Of a stretch of 64,000 nt of DNA, positions 38,292-46,817 are shown piece after piece; within the stretch, counting starts at the first letter, position 1, and each line of letters begins with the position of its first letter. The notes under the pieces were generated by a model, which saw only the letters and a list, made by a program, of their open reading frames with translations, was not told where the DNA came from and did no database searches. Position numbers and translations under genes: made by a program. Source of the DNA: an uncultured Planctomycetales bacterium (GTDB lineage: Bacteria > Planctomycetota > UBA1135 > JACQFD01); assembly GCA_964545855.1 (NCBI GenBank), contig CAZJHD010000001.1, positions 3,428-67,427 on the forward strand. Direction: 5' to 3'.

Positions 38292-39530
38292 ATGGCGACG
38301 CGGCGCGGGAGGATCCTTCTCGCCGCTGGTGTCACGGCGGCCGCCCTCGCTGCGGCCGAGACGTTCTTCCGCGTTCGGCTCGTCGTCGCGCACGGAGCCA
38401 CGGACTTCGAGGCGATCCGCGACCGCCTGATCGGCCGCGATCTGAGGATCTTCCATCGGGACGCCGACGGCGAGCTCGAGCTCGTGCCCTCGCGCTTCCA
38501 GGGGAGCCAGGTGCATGTGAACGCCCAGGGCTTCCGCGGCGCGGCCCTGCGGGAGCCCAAGCCGGAGCGCGGCTTCCGCGTCGCCTGCATCGGCGGCTCG
38601 GGCTGCTTCGGCACCACGAGCACCGGCGACGCGACGACGTTCCCCGCAGCCCTCGAGAGGCGGCTGCGCGCGCAGGCATGCGACCCCGAGGCGGTGGAGG
38701 TGGTGAACGCCGGTCTCCCCGGCGCCACGACGGCGAGCGCCATCTCGCGTTTCGAGAAGCTCGTGCCTCCCCACCGGCCCGACGTGGTGCTGCTCTACAA
38801 CCTCATCAACGACCTGCTCACGAGCCGCCGCGCGCAGCTCGGCCTCGACGAGAGGCGAACGCCCCTCGTGCGGATCGACGGCGCGCTCTCGGGCCTGCTC
38901 TCGCATTCGGCGATCTGGCTCACGTTCCGCGCCACGGCGGCGCAGGCCGAGAAGGTGGAGCGCATCCGCGCCGCGACGGCGCGCGAGGCGGCGCGCAAGA
39001 CGGCGCGCGCGGACGGGCATGCGGGCCCGCGCGCCGGCGATCCGGCGCTCGTGGCGCACCGGTTGGCGATCGACGGCGAGGCGAGGCACGTCTACGACGG
39101 GACCCCGGCGACGAACCTCTACCTCGTCGCGGAGCACCACGCGGAGTTCCGCGAGCACCTCCGCCGCTTCGACCGCGCCGTGCGCGCCTGCGGCGCGGTG
39201 CCCCTCTTCTGCACCTTCGCGCTCCGCTTCGACGGCACCGAGGACGAGGAGACCTACCGCCGGGAGGGCCCCGTCACGGCCTACGCCATGCCGAGCTGGC
39301 GCATGGCCTTCGATGCCGTCGCCGCATTCAACGAGACGATCCGCGAGGTGGCGCGCGAGACCGGCTCGCCGCTCGCCGACGTCGACCGCGACCTCGGGCG
39401 GGAGGCCGCCTACTTCGCTCCGAAGGACACCGACCACTTCACCGACGAGGGTTGCGAGGCGGTCGCCGTCGTCCTCGCGCGCGCGCTCAGCCGCGAAGGG
39501 CTCCTGCGCGGCGCGGCGACCCCGCGCTGA
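38292..39530 (+). CDS. membrane-anchored SGNH-family hydrolase/acyltransferase
   Basis: N-terminal TM ILLAAGVTAAALAAA. Block I VACIGGSGCFG, NAGLPGATT, YNLINDL, and block V DTDHFTDEG. Confidence 0.7.
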   Translation: MATRRGRILLAAGVTAAALAAAETFFRVRLVVAHGATDFEAIRDRLIGRDLRIFHRDADGELELVPSRFQGSQVHVNAQGFRGAALREPKPERGFRVACIGGSGCFGTTSTGDATTFPAALERRLRAQACDPEAVEVVNAGLPGATTASAISRFEKLVPPHRPDVVLLYNLINDLLTSRRAQLGLDERRTPLVRIDGALSGLLSHSAIWLTFRATAAQAEKVERIRAATAREAARKTARADGHAGPRAGDPALVAHRLAIDGEARHVYDGTPATNLYLVAEHHAEFREHLRRFDRAVRACGAVPLFCTFALRFDGTEDEETYRREGPVTAYAMPSWRMAFDAVAAFNETIREVARETGSPLADVDRDLGREAAYFAPKDTDHFTDEGCEAVAVVLARALSREGLLRGAATPR

Positions 39531-39538
39531 GACCGCCC

Positions 39539-40705
39539 ATGGGCCGCGCCCGCAAGCTCGCCGCCGGACTCTTCGTCACGGCGTGCGTGCTCGCGGTCGC
39601 CGAGGCCGGAGCGCGCCTCGCACTGCCCCCGCTCCCGCCGAGCCTCGGCGTGCCCTACGAGGCGGACCCCGACGTCGGCTTCCGCGTCGCGGCGGGTGTG
39701 CGCCGCGACGGATTCACGACGAGCTCGCTGGGGACGCGGGGCGCCGAGCCCGATTCGGCGCGCGCGGGCCCGATCCTCGTCCTCGGCGACTCCATGACGC
39801 TCGGCGCGGAGGTGCGCGACGAGGAGACCTTCTGCGCGCTCCTGGAGGCGGCGCTGGCGCCGGGGCCGCAGGTGGTGAACGCGGGCTGCCCCGCCTATGG
39901 CCCCGCGGAGTACGCCGGCTCCCTGCGGCGGCTCGCGCCGAAGGTGCGACCGTCGCGCGTGCTCTGCATGGTCTTCCTCGGCAACGACCTGCTGGACGCC
40001 GGCAAGGAGCGTCCCTACGGCGTGATCGGGGGCGCCCTCGTGCCGAGCGCTCGTCTCGAGGGAGTGGGCGCCGGTGGCCGGCTCCTGCTCGATCTCGCGG
40101 CCCGCGCCCGAGGCCTCGGCCTCGTTCGACTCGGGCGGCGCCTCGCCGGGAAGCCCGAGGGCCTCGTGCGCTCGCGGCTCCCGGCGAACCGCGTCGCGGA
40201 GCCCGGCCCCGTCGCCGGCCGCGACGCGACGGGGGCGCAGCCCCTCGGCATGGACACTCCCGAGATCCGCGTCCTCGTGGAGCCCGGCGACTACGCACGG
40301 GGCCACGAGCGCGGCGCTCCCTTCGTCGCCAAGGGCTGGACCCGGCTGCCCGGTCTCCTCGCGTCCCTGCGCGGAGCGTGCGACGCGGCGGGCGCCGAGC
40401 TCGCGATCGCGATCCTCCCGCTCCCCATCGCCTACGACCGCGCGGCGCGGCTCGAGGTGGCGCGCCGATTCGGGACGCCGCCCGCTGCGATCGACGCGGA
40501 GCGTCCGTCGCGGGAGGTGGCGGCCGTCGTGGGCGCCCTCGGGATCCGCTGCATCGACCTGACGGCGGCATTCCGCGACGCTCCGCAGCCGCATCTGCTG
40601 CACGCGCCCGCCGACCTGCACCTCTCGAGGGACGGCCACGCCCTCGTGGCCCGCGAGCTCGCGCGGGCGGTGCGGTCGCCGGCACTGCCGGCGGACGGAC
40701 GTTGA
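39539..40705 (+). CDS. membrane-anchored SGNH-family hydrolase/acyltransferase (paralog)
   Basis: ATG at 39539, 8 nt after the upstream stop. TM LAAGLFVTACVLAVA. Block I ILVLGDSMTLG, NAGCPAYG, FLGNDL, and C-terminal DLHLSRDGH. Confidence 0.7.
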   Translation: MGRARKLAAGLFVTACVLAVAEAGARLALPPLPPSLGVPYEADPDVGFRVAAGVRRDGFTTSSLGTRGAEPDSARAGPILVLGDSMTLGAEVRDEETFCALLEAALAPGPQVVNAGCPAYGPAEYAGSLRRLAPKVRPSRVLCMVFLGNDLLDAGKERPYGVIGGALVPSARLEGVGAGGRLLLDLAARARGLGLVRLGRRLAGKPEGLVRSRLPANRVAEPGPVAGRDATGAQPLGMDTPEIRVLVEPGDYARGHERGAPFVAKGWTRLPGLLASLRGACDAAGAELAIAILPLPIAYDRAARLEVARRFGTPPAAIDAERPSREVAAVVGALGIRCIDLTAAFRDAPQPHLLHAPADLHLSRDGHALVARELARAVRSPALPADGR

Positions 40706-40745
40706 GCGGCGGCGGTCGCCGCCGCTACGGTGCCGCGTCCGCGAC

Positions 40746-41393
40746 GTGAACCACCGCCCCCTCACCCACGAGTACGTCGAATTCCTCGAGCGCACCGACC
40801 GGCCGCGCTACATCGGCCGGCGCTTCGCGAAGTACCTCGAGGGGCGCGTGCTCGACGTCGGCTGCGACCGCGCCGCGCTCCGCGAGGTCGTCGGCCCGGA
40901 GCGCTACGGCGGCGTCGGTCTCGGCGCCGACGCCGACTTCCGCGTCGACCTCGAGAACGACGGGAGACTCCCCTTCGACGACGGGGCGTGGGACACCGTC
41001 GTGTGCCTCGACGTCCTGGAGCACCTGAACGATCTCCACGGGATGTTCGACGAGTGCCTGCGCGTCGCGGGGCGTTACGCCGTGATCTCGTTGCCGAACA
41101 ACTGGAGCACGGCGCGCAAGCGCATCGCGCGCGGCCACGGCTCCTTCATCCACTACGGCCTGCCGCTCGATCCGCCGGAGGACCGGCACAAGTGGTTCTT
41201 CAACACGGAGGAGGCGCGCGACTTCCTCCTCGGCATGGCGGAGCGCAAGGGGCTCGTCGTGCACGAGCTGGTCGTGCTGGAGAAGCCGCGGCCGATCTGG
41301 AACCGCGCCTGGCGGCGTCTCTGGCATCCGACGACGCGCAGCTACTCGAACCTCTATCCCCACACGCTCGTCTGCGTGTACGGTCGGACCTAG
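40746..41393 (+). CDS. class I SAM-dependent methyltransferase
   Basis: VLDVGCD (motif I), then ...DTVVCLDVLEHL and ...GRYAVISLPN. GTG start. 215 aa. Confidence 0.8.
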   Translation: MNHRPLTHEYVEFLERTDRPRYIGRRFAKYLEGRVLDVGCDRAALREVVGPERYGGVGLGADADFRVDLENDGRLPFDDGAWDTVVCLDVLEHLNDLHGMFDECLRVAGRYAVISLPNNWSTARKRIARGHGSFIHYGLPLDPPEDRHKWFFNTEEARDFLLGMAERKGLVVHELVVLEKPRPIWNRAWRRLWHPTTRSYSNLYPHTLVCVYGRT

Positions 41394-41555
41394 CTGCCCG
41401 TGGCAGAAGTCATCCGAGCTGCGCGCGGGCCCCGACGCACATCGCGTCGTTGCGCGTCCTCACGGCAACCTCCCGCTACGCTTGCGGCGCGCGCCTCGCG
41501 CTGTGCGCCGCTGCCTCGCGCTCGCTCTGCGGAGCACTTCTGCCACGGGCAGCTA
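41391..41555. repeat. 165-bp element bounded by perfect 20-bp terminal inverted repeats (MITE-like or long imperfect hairpin)
   Basis: TAGCTGCCCGTGGCAGAAGT at 41391-41410 is the exact reverse complement of ACTTCTGCCACGGGCAGCTA at 41536-41555. The interior holds small hairpins (GACGC/GCGTC, GTTGC/GCAAC). The left end supplies the TAG stop of the methyltransferase gene. Confidence 0.65.
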
Positions 41556-41655
41556 GGCGCGACGCGTTCCGATTCTTCCCAAAGCGGGAGCGCCGTGCGC
41601 GGAAGGGGGTCTCGTCCCTTCGTCTCCCCAGCCCGAACGCCTTTCCCCGAGCGCC

Positions 41656-42780
41656 ATGGTTCTCCACCCCCGCCTCGCGATCGTCCTCCCGCTGATCCTT
41701 CTCGCGGCGCCCGCCGACGGCGATGGCGCGGAGCGCGACCCGGCCCTCCGGGGGCTCGATCCCGTGGAGCTCTGCCAGGGGCGCGAGGTGGCCGGCAAGA
41801 CCGAGATCGCGCTCGACGAGGGCGGCTTCCGCTACCTCTTCGCGACGGAGGAGAGCCGCGCGGCCTTCCGGAAGGCCCCCGCGCGCTACGAGATCCAGAT
41901 GGGCGGCGGCTGCGCGCGCATGGGTCCGCTGAGCGGGCTCGGCAGCCCCGACCGCTTCGCCGTCCACGACGGCCGCGTCTACGTCTTCGCGAGCGACGCC
42001 TGCCGCAAGACCTTCCTCGCCTCGCCCGAGCGGTTCCTCGAGCCACGGGACCCCGAGGCCTCCGGCGACGAGGCGTCCGCCGAGCGCGCCCGCGCGCTCC
42101 TCGCGAAGGCCGTCGAGGCCATGGGCGGCGCCGCGCGCGTCGACGGCGTGACGACCTACCGGGAGCGCCACGAGGTCGAGCGCACGAGCGGAGGCAAGAC
42201 CTACGACGTGGGGGCCGAGGTCCTCGTCGCGTTCCCCGACTCGTACCGCCGCGACGATTGGTGGAACGAGCGAGTGGAGGAGGGGACCGCGCCGAAGCCG
42301 TCGTCGCCGTGGGGATTCGTCGTGACCGCGGGCGACGCCTTCCGCTCCGAGCCCGACGGCGAGAGCGCGCTCCATCGCGCGCAACGCGAGGCGCTCCAGC
42401 AGGAGCGCCTGCGGCGTCCCCTCGAGATCCTGCGCGCGCGCGGGCGGGCCGACTTCCGCGCCCACGCGAAGGGGCCGTCCCGCGTCGGCGACGCGGAGGC
42501 CGAGACCGTGGCGGTCTCCTTCGCCGGCACGGCCACGACCCTCTGCATCGACCCGGCGAGCGGGCGCGTCCTCGCCATCCGGCACCGCGGACGTCCGTCG
42601 AGCGGCGCCGTGGGCGACGTGGAGACGCGCTTCGCGGACTTCCGCGAGGTGCGTGGGCTCGTGCTCCCCTTCGCGCGGAGCACGTCGCTCGACGGGAAGG
42701 AGATCGCCACCGCCATGGTCGCGCTCGACCTCGTGGAGGTCGACGTGCCGATCGACGCCGCTCGCTTCCGCCGGCGGTAG
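41656..42780 (+). CDS. secreted protein with two N-terminal YHS-like repeats and a C-terminal beta-rich domain
   Basis: Signal peptide MVLHPRLAIVLPLILLAAPA. LDPVELCQGREV...GFRYLFATEESRAAFRKAPARY and a second copy ...GRVYVFASDACRKTFLASPERF resemble YHS-type modules. The rest is unassigned. Confidence 0.6.
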   Translation: MVLHPRLAIVLPLILLAAPADGDGAERDPALRGLDPVELCQGREVAGKTEIALDEGGFRYLFATEESRAAFRKAPARYEIQMGGGCARMGPLSGLGSPDRFAVHDGRVYVFASDACRKTFLASPERFLEPRDPEASGDEASAERARALLAKAVEAMGGAARVDGVTTYRERHEVERTSGGKTYDVGAEVLVAFPDSYRRDDWWNERVEEGTAPKPSSPWGFVVTAGDAFRSEPDGESALHRAQREALQQERLRRPLEILRARGRADFRAHAKGPSRVGDAEAETVAVSFAGTATTLCIDPASGRVLAIRHRGRPSSGAVGDVETRFADFREVRGLVLPFARSTSLDGKEIATAMVALDLVEVDVPIDAARFRRR

Positions 42781-42831
42781 GAACTCGCGTCGGCGCTCGG
42801 AGGTCGCGAAAGAATCGGCGCCGGGCGACCG

Positions 42832-42930
42832 CCGGCTGCGAGCGGCCACGGCTTCGTTGCTCCTCCTCCGCAACTCTCCATGAGCTGCGTCGTCGACGCG
42901 CCGCGTCTCGCCTCGCTCGCTCTCGCTCGG
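42832..42930. repeat. possible degenerate second copy of the interior of the 41391..41555 element, without the terminal repeats
   Basis: Shared blocks in the same order: GCTGCG.GCGG.CC, TCGTTGC-N3-TCCTC-N-GCAAC (the same hairpin), and CCTCGC..TCGCTCT. Only about 65-70% identical by eye in a GC-rich background. Confidence 0.3.
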
Positions 42931-42973
42931 CCTCGAGCCAGCGGCGGCGATTTCCTCACAACCTCTCGGTCCT

Positions 42974-44272
42974 TCAGCGGAACCGGAACGCGCGCTCGAT
43001 CTGCGTCGACCACTTCTTCGGGATCCCGGCCTCGGCGGCGAACTCGGGCCAGCGCTTCACGGCGGCGCGCACCTCCTCGAGGATCGTCTCGGCGCGGCCG
43101 CGCTTCAGGAATGCCGTCGCCGCGCAGGCCCGCAGGTCACCGACGGTGAAGTCGTCGCGCTTCCCGTGGATCGTCATCTGGTGCGTCGCCGTGAAGGCGC
43201 CCGCCGGGTTGTGGGCGTAGGTGACGTCGTAGGCGGGAGAGAGCGACCACGCGCCACTCTTGTCCATCAGGAAGGAGATGTTCTTCGGGTGGTCGTCCTG
43301 GTTCCGCGCGACCACGTTGAAGGTCATCCGGCGGAACTGCTCCTCGACGTCGGCCGGCGGCAGTCCGAGCCGGCGGATCGCCGCGAAGACCTGCTCGTAG
43401 GCCGTCGCTCCCGCGCGGTTGAAGTCGAGGTGGCCGAGCGCGCTGAGCGACTGCATGTGGAGCTTCTCCCCGTTCTCGAGACGATCGAAGCGGCGCGTCA
43501 TGAAATGGCGTCGGCCTCCCTCCTCGAGCAGGCGGCATTCGGTCATCCGGATCCCCGAAGCCTTCGCCATCTCCGAGTAGGCGTACTCGATGGCGCCGAA
43601 GCCCTTCGGGTCCTGGAGGTCGCGGTCCGCGTCGCCGGCGACCCCGTCGAGCTTCAGGAGCCAGTGCTCGAAGCCGTCGCCGGCCTCCACCTGACCAGAG
43701 CGCACTTCGTGGGTCCTTCGGTTCCACGCGATCACGGCCTTCGCGCGCGCGCCTCCGGCCGACGTGCCGACCCGCAGGATCTCCTCCAGAGCCGCCGTGC
43801 GCTTCGCGCTCGCGAACGTCGTGCGGATGCCTTCGCGGTGCGCGAGGATCTCGGAGGCGAGGCGCACGAGCGCGTCCACCTCGATGCGCTTCGCGGGTCG
43901 CGGCTGCGGGCCGAGAGCGGGCACGAACTCGAGCGCCCCCATGCCGCGGGCGCCCGTGTAGCAGAGGCGCTCCACGGCGTCGAAGCTCGCGGGCGTGCGT
44001 CCCTGCGTCGCGAGCCAGGCGTCGATCAGCGCGCTCCCGAAGCGGTCGGGGAGCGCGTCGGCGAGCAGACCCGGGAGGCCATGGAAGGTCTGCGGGGCCA
44101 GCTCCGGGAAGACGAACACGCGGTCGCCGAGCGGCATCTGGAGCGGGGCGATCTCGATCCCGCTCCGCGCGAACTCGGGGTCGTACTGGAACGCCGCGTG
44201 GGTGGCGCCGTCCTCCAGCGAGACGGCGCCGATCGTGCGTCCCCACATGCGGACCTCGGCGAGCGTGCTCAC
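42974..44272 (-). CDS. hipA: type II toxin HipA-family serine/threonine kinase
   Basis: N-terminal HipA_N pattern (VWGRTIG-like, FQYDPEF), GTSAGGARAKA, and the catalytic loop VARNQDDHPKNISF. The GTG start overlaps the hipB stop (GTGA). Confidence 0.9.
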   Translation of the reverse strand: MSTLAEVRMWGRTIGAVSLEDGATHAAFQYDPEFARSGIEIAPLQMPLGDRVFVFPELAPQTFHGLPGLLADALPDRFGSALIDAWLATQGRTPASFDAVERLCYTGARGMGALEFVPALGPQPRPAKRIEVDALVRLASEILAHREGIRTTFASAKRTAALEEILRVGTSAGGARAKAVIAWNRRTHEVRSGQVEAGDGFEHWLLKLDGVAGDADRDLQDPKGFGAIEYAYSEMAKASGIRMTECRLLEEGGRRHFMTRRFDRLENGEKLHMQSLSALGHLDFNRAGATAYEQVFAAIRRLGLPPADVEEQFRRMTFNVVARNQDDHPKNISFLMDKSGAWSLSPAYDVTYAHNPAGAFTATHQMTIHGKRDDFTVGDLRACAATAFLKRGRAETILEEVRAAVKRWPEFAAEAGIPKKWSTQIERAFRFR

Positions 44273-44625
44273 GACCCGTCACCCCACGACCACTTCTTCG
44301 TCTTCGGCCGCCGTGAGGCCCCGCTCCCGGAGGCGCGCTGCCGCCGCTTCCCGCGCAGCTTCAATTGCTCGATGGGGCTCGGCGGCTGCTCCGGGAGCAG
44401 GAGCTCCAGACGCTCGACGATCCCGAGCGCGCGGCACAGGCGGAGGAAGGCCGAGAGGTTCGCCGCCACGCTTCCCGTCTCGAGCCGCTCGACCGTGCGT
44501 TTCGAGATGCCCGCGCGATCGGCGAGCTGGGCCTGCGTCCAGTTGCGCTCGAGCCGCGCGCTCGCGACGCGCGCGCCGATCTCCCGGAGGAGCGCCTCGT
44601 CGGTGGCCTGATTCGTGATCCTCAT
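44269..44625 (-). CDS. hipB: HipB-like XRE-family HTH antitoxin
   Basis: HTH segment NWTQAQLADRAGISKRTVERLETG. Basic C-terminal tail containing Trp (KTKKWSWGDGS). Immediately upstream of hipA and overlapping it. Confidence 0.85.
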   Translation of the reverse strand: MRITNQATDEALLREIGARVASARLERNWTQAQLADRAGISKRTVERLETGSVAANLSAFLRLCRALGIVERLELLLPEQPPSPIEQLKLRGKRRQRASGSGASRRPKTKKWSWGDGS

Positions 44626-44691
44626 GATGCGTCATATATGACGAGTTGACGATCTATCGTCAATCGAAGCGCCACGAATGACGAGTTATAT
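44626..44691 (-). promoter_or_regulatory. putative hipBA promoter/operator
   Basis: The only AT-rich patch in the neighbourhood. Perfect palindrome TTGACGAT-CT-ATCGTCAA at 44646-44663. Direct repeat ATGACGAGTT at 44638-44647 and 44678-44687, giving four CGTCA half-sites. On the minus strand, TTGACG is followed 17-19 nt later by CATATATG, only about 7-10 nt before the ATG. Confidence 0.5.
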
Positions 44692-44952
44692 TCGGACGCT
44701 TCCGGGGCGTCCCGGAGGCCTCCGTCGACTCGGAGACCGCGGGCCGCTGCCCCGAGAGCGGGAGCCTCGACGCTCCGCCGAGGGCCGAGCCTCCGTGACG
44801 CCGCGCTCCCTGGGCCGCTCCCGCACAGGGGCGCCAGATCGGCGCGCGCCGCCGCGCCGGAGCGTCACCCCTTGCGCCCGAGATCCCCGCGGTATGCCAT
44901 TTGACGCCGCGCGCGCACCCTCGGCCTCCCGGACTTCCGGGAGGAGCCCGCC

Positions 44953-46809
44953 ATGACCTCGCCGCTCGCTCTCGCGCTCTCTCTCCTCCTCGCGACCCAC
45001 GACGCGACGGCGACGCCGGCCCCGAAGGCGACGACCTCCGATCTCGCGGCTCTCATGCCGGCCGACACGGTGGCGTTCCTCGAGATGCCGAGTCCGGCCG
45101 ACCTCTGGAGCCACTTCGTCGAGTCGGGGCTCTGGTCGCAGCTCCGGGCGATCCCCGCCTGGGGCGAGTCCTTCTCTCGCGGCGACGGGCTCCGTCTCGT
45201 GGCGGGGATCGGCGCGATGCGCGCGGCGCTCGGCGTCGACCTGGAGGAGGCCTTCTCGGCGGCGGCCGGCGGCGGGATCGCGGTCGGTCTCGTGCCCGAC
45301 TCGGCCGCGGCGGAGGGCGGCTCCGGCGGCGCGCGCCGCGGACGCCCGGGCGCGCTCCTCGTCGTGCGCGCGACGGAGCCCTCGATGCTCGCGCGCATCC
45401 AGGATTCGATCCTCGAGCTCGCGGGGCTCCGCTCCGGAGGCGAGTGGATCTCGGACCGCGGGAGCGTCGCGACGCACTCCGGCGTGGAGGTCGTGACCAT
45501 CGGGCCGGACTTCCACCACGCGATCGTCGGCGACCTCCTCCTCGCGAGCAACGGACGCGCGCGCCTCGACGCGGCGATCGACCGCGTCCGCGCGGCGGCG
45601 CCCGAGGGGTCCCTCGCGGGCCGCGCCGACTTCGCTGTCGCACGGAGCCACGCACCGGCCGCCGGCGCCCCGGCGCTCTTCGGCTGGCTCGACGCGAGGA
45701 CGGCGCTGCCGCTCCTGCCGCGGAGGTCGCTCCAGGACGATGGACGGCTCGAGCCCTTTCCGGCGCTCCTCTTCGACGGGATGCGGCAGTCGGTTCTCGG
45801 CTCCGACTGGCTCGCCGGCTGGGCCAGGGTGGAGCCCGGAGCCTTCGTGCTGACGGGTCTCACCTCGGCGAAGCCGAGGCAGGCCGTCGAGGCCTTCCTC
45901 CCCGAGCCCATCGCGCTCGCGCCGCTCTCCGTGCCGCGCAGCCTCGCGACGCTCACCCTGCGCCGCGACGCCTGTGCCTTCTGGGATCTGCACGACCAGA
46001 TCGTCGGCCCCGAGCACGAGGCCGGCTTCGAGAAGTTCAACGCGACGGCCGGGATCCTCTTCGGCGCGCGTCGCTTCGACGAGGACATCCTCGCGAAGCT
46101 CGCCCCGGCGGCGCAGCTCGTCGTCGCGCGGCAGACCTACGCGTCGCTGCCGTCGGCGCCGATCGCCCGGTTCCCGGCCGTGGGCCTCGTGCTGCGCGCG
46201 ACGGATCCGTCGAAGAAGTTCCTCGACGGAATCGTGCGCGCCTTCCAGACGGGCGTCACCCTCGCGAGCGCCGACCGCGCGCAGAAGGGGATGTCGGCGC
46301 TGCTGATCGGCGACGACGCCGTGGGCGACACGAAGATCACCTACGCGTCGTTCCCCGAGCCGGAGTCGGCCGGCGCGGTCGGTCCCGAGCAGAACCTCTC
46401 GCCCGCGATCTTCACCCAGGGCGACCGCATCGTGATCGCGACGACGCTCGAGCTCGCCCGCGACCTCGCCCGCGCCCTCCCCGACGCGGCGGTCATCGCC
46501 GCCGACGCGGCGCAGCCGCTCGATCTCCTGCGCATCGACGTGGGCCAGGCGGCGGAAGCGCTCCGCGAGAACCTGAAGCCGCTCATCGCCTCGGCCGTGC
46601 TGGAGAAGGGGAAGTCGCGCGCCGACGCGACGCGCGAGCACGCGTTCCTCCTCGGAGCGCTCTCGCTGCTCTCGGAGGCGACCGTCGCGACTCGCATCGC
46701 CGGCGAGGGTCTCGAGATGCGCATCGAGGTGCGCCGCGCGGGGCCCGTGACGGCGCCGCAGCCGGCGGACGGCGCGAAGGAGGGGACGCCCCGCCGCGTC
46801 ACCCGCTGA
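44953..46809 (+). CDS. secreted hypothetical protein (DUF3352-like)
   Basis: Signal peptide MTSPLALALSLLLA. N-terminal LMPADTVAFLEM...LW pattern as I recall for DUF3352. 618 aa. First gene of a co-directional cluster. Confidence 0.55.
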   Translation: MTSPLALALSLLLATHDATATPAPKATTSDLAALMPADTVAFLEMPSPADLWSHFVESGLWSQLRAIPAWGESFSRGDGLRLVAGIGAMRAALGVDLEEAFSAAAGGGIAVGLVPDSAAAEGGSGGARRGRPGALLVVRATEPSMLARIQDSILELAGLRSGGEWISDRGSVATHSGVEVVTIGPDFHHAIVGDLLLASNGRARLDAAIDRVRAAAPEGSLAGRADFAVARSHAPAAGAPALFGWLDARTALPLLPRRSLQDDGRLEPFPALLFDGMRQSVLGSDWLAGWARVEPGAFVLTGLTSAKPRQAVEAFLPEPIALAPLSVPRSLATLTLRRDACAFWDLHDQIVGPEHEAGFEKFNATAGILFGARRFDEDILAKLAPAAQLVVARQTYASLPSAPIARFPAVGLVLRATDPSKKFLDGIVRAFQTGVTLASADRAQKGMSALLIGDDAVGDTKITYASFPEPESAGAVGPEQNLSPAIFTQGDRIVIATTLELARDLARALPDAAVIAADAAQPLDLLRIDVGQAAEALRENLKPLIASAVLEKGKSRADATREHAFLLGALSLLSEATVATRIAGEGLEMRIEVRRAGPVTAPQPADGAKEGTPRRVTR

Positions 46810-46817
46810 TCCGCGTC

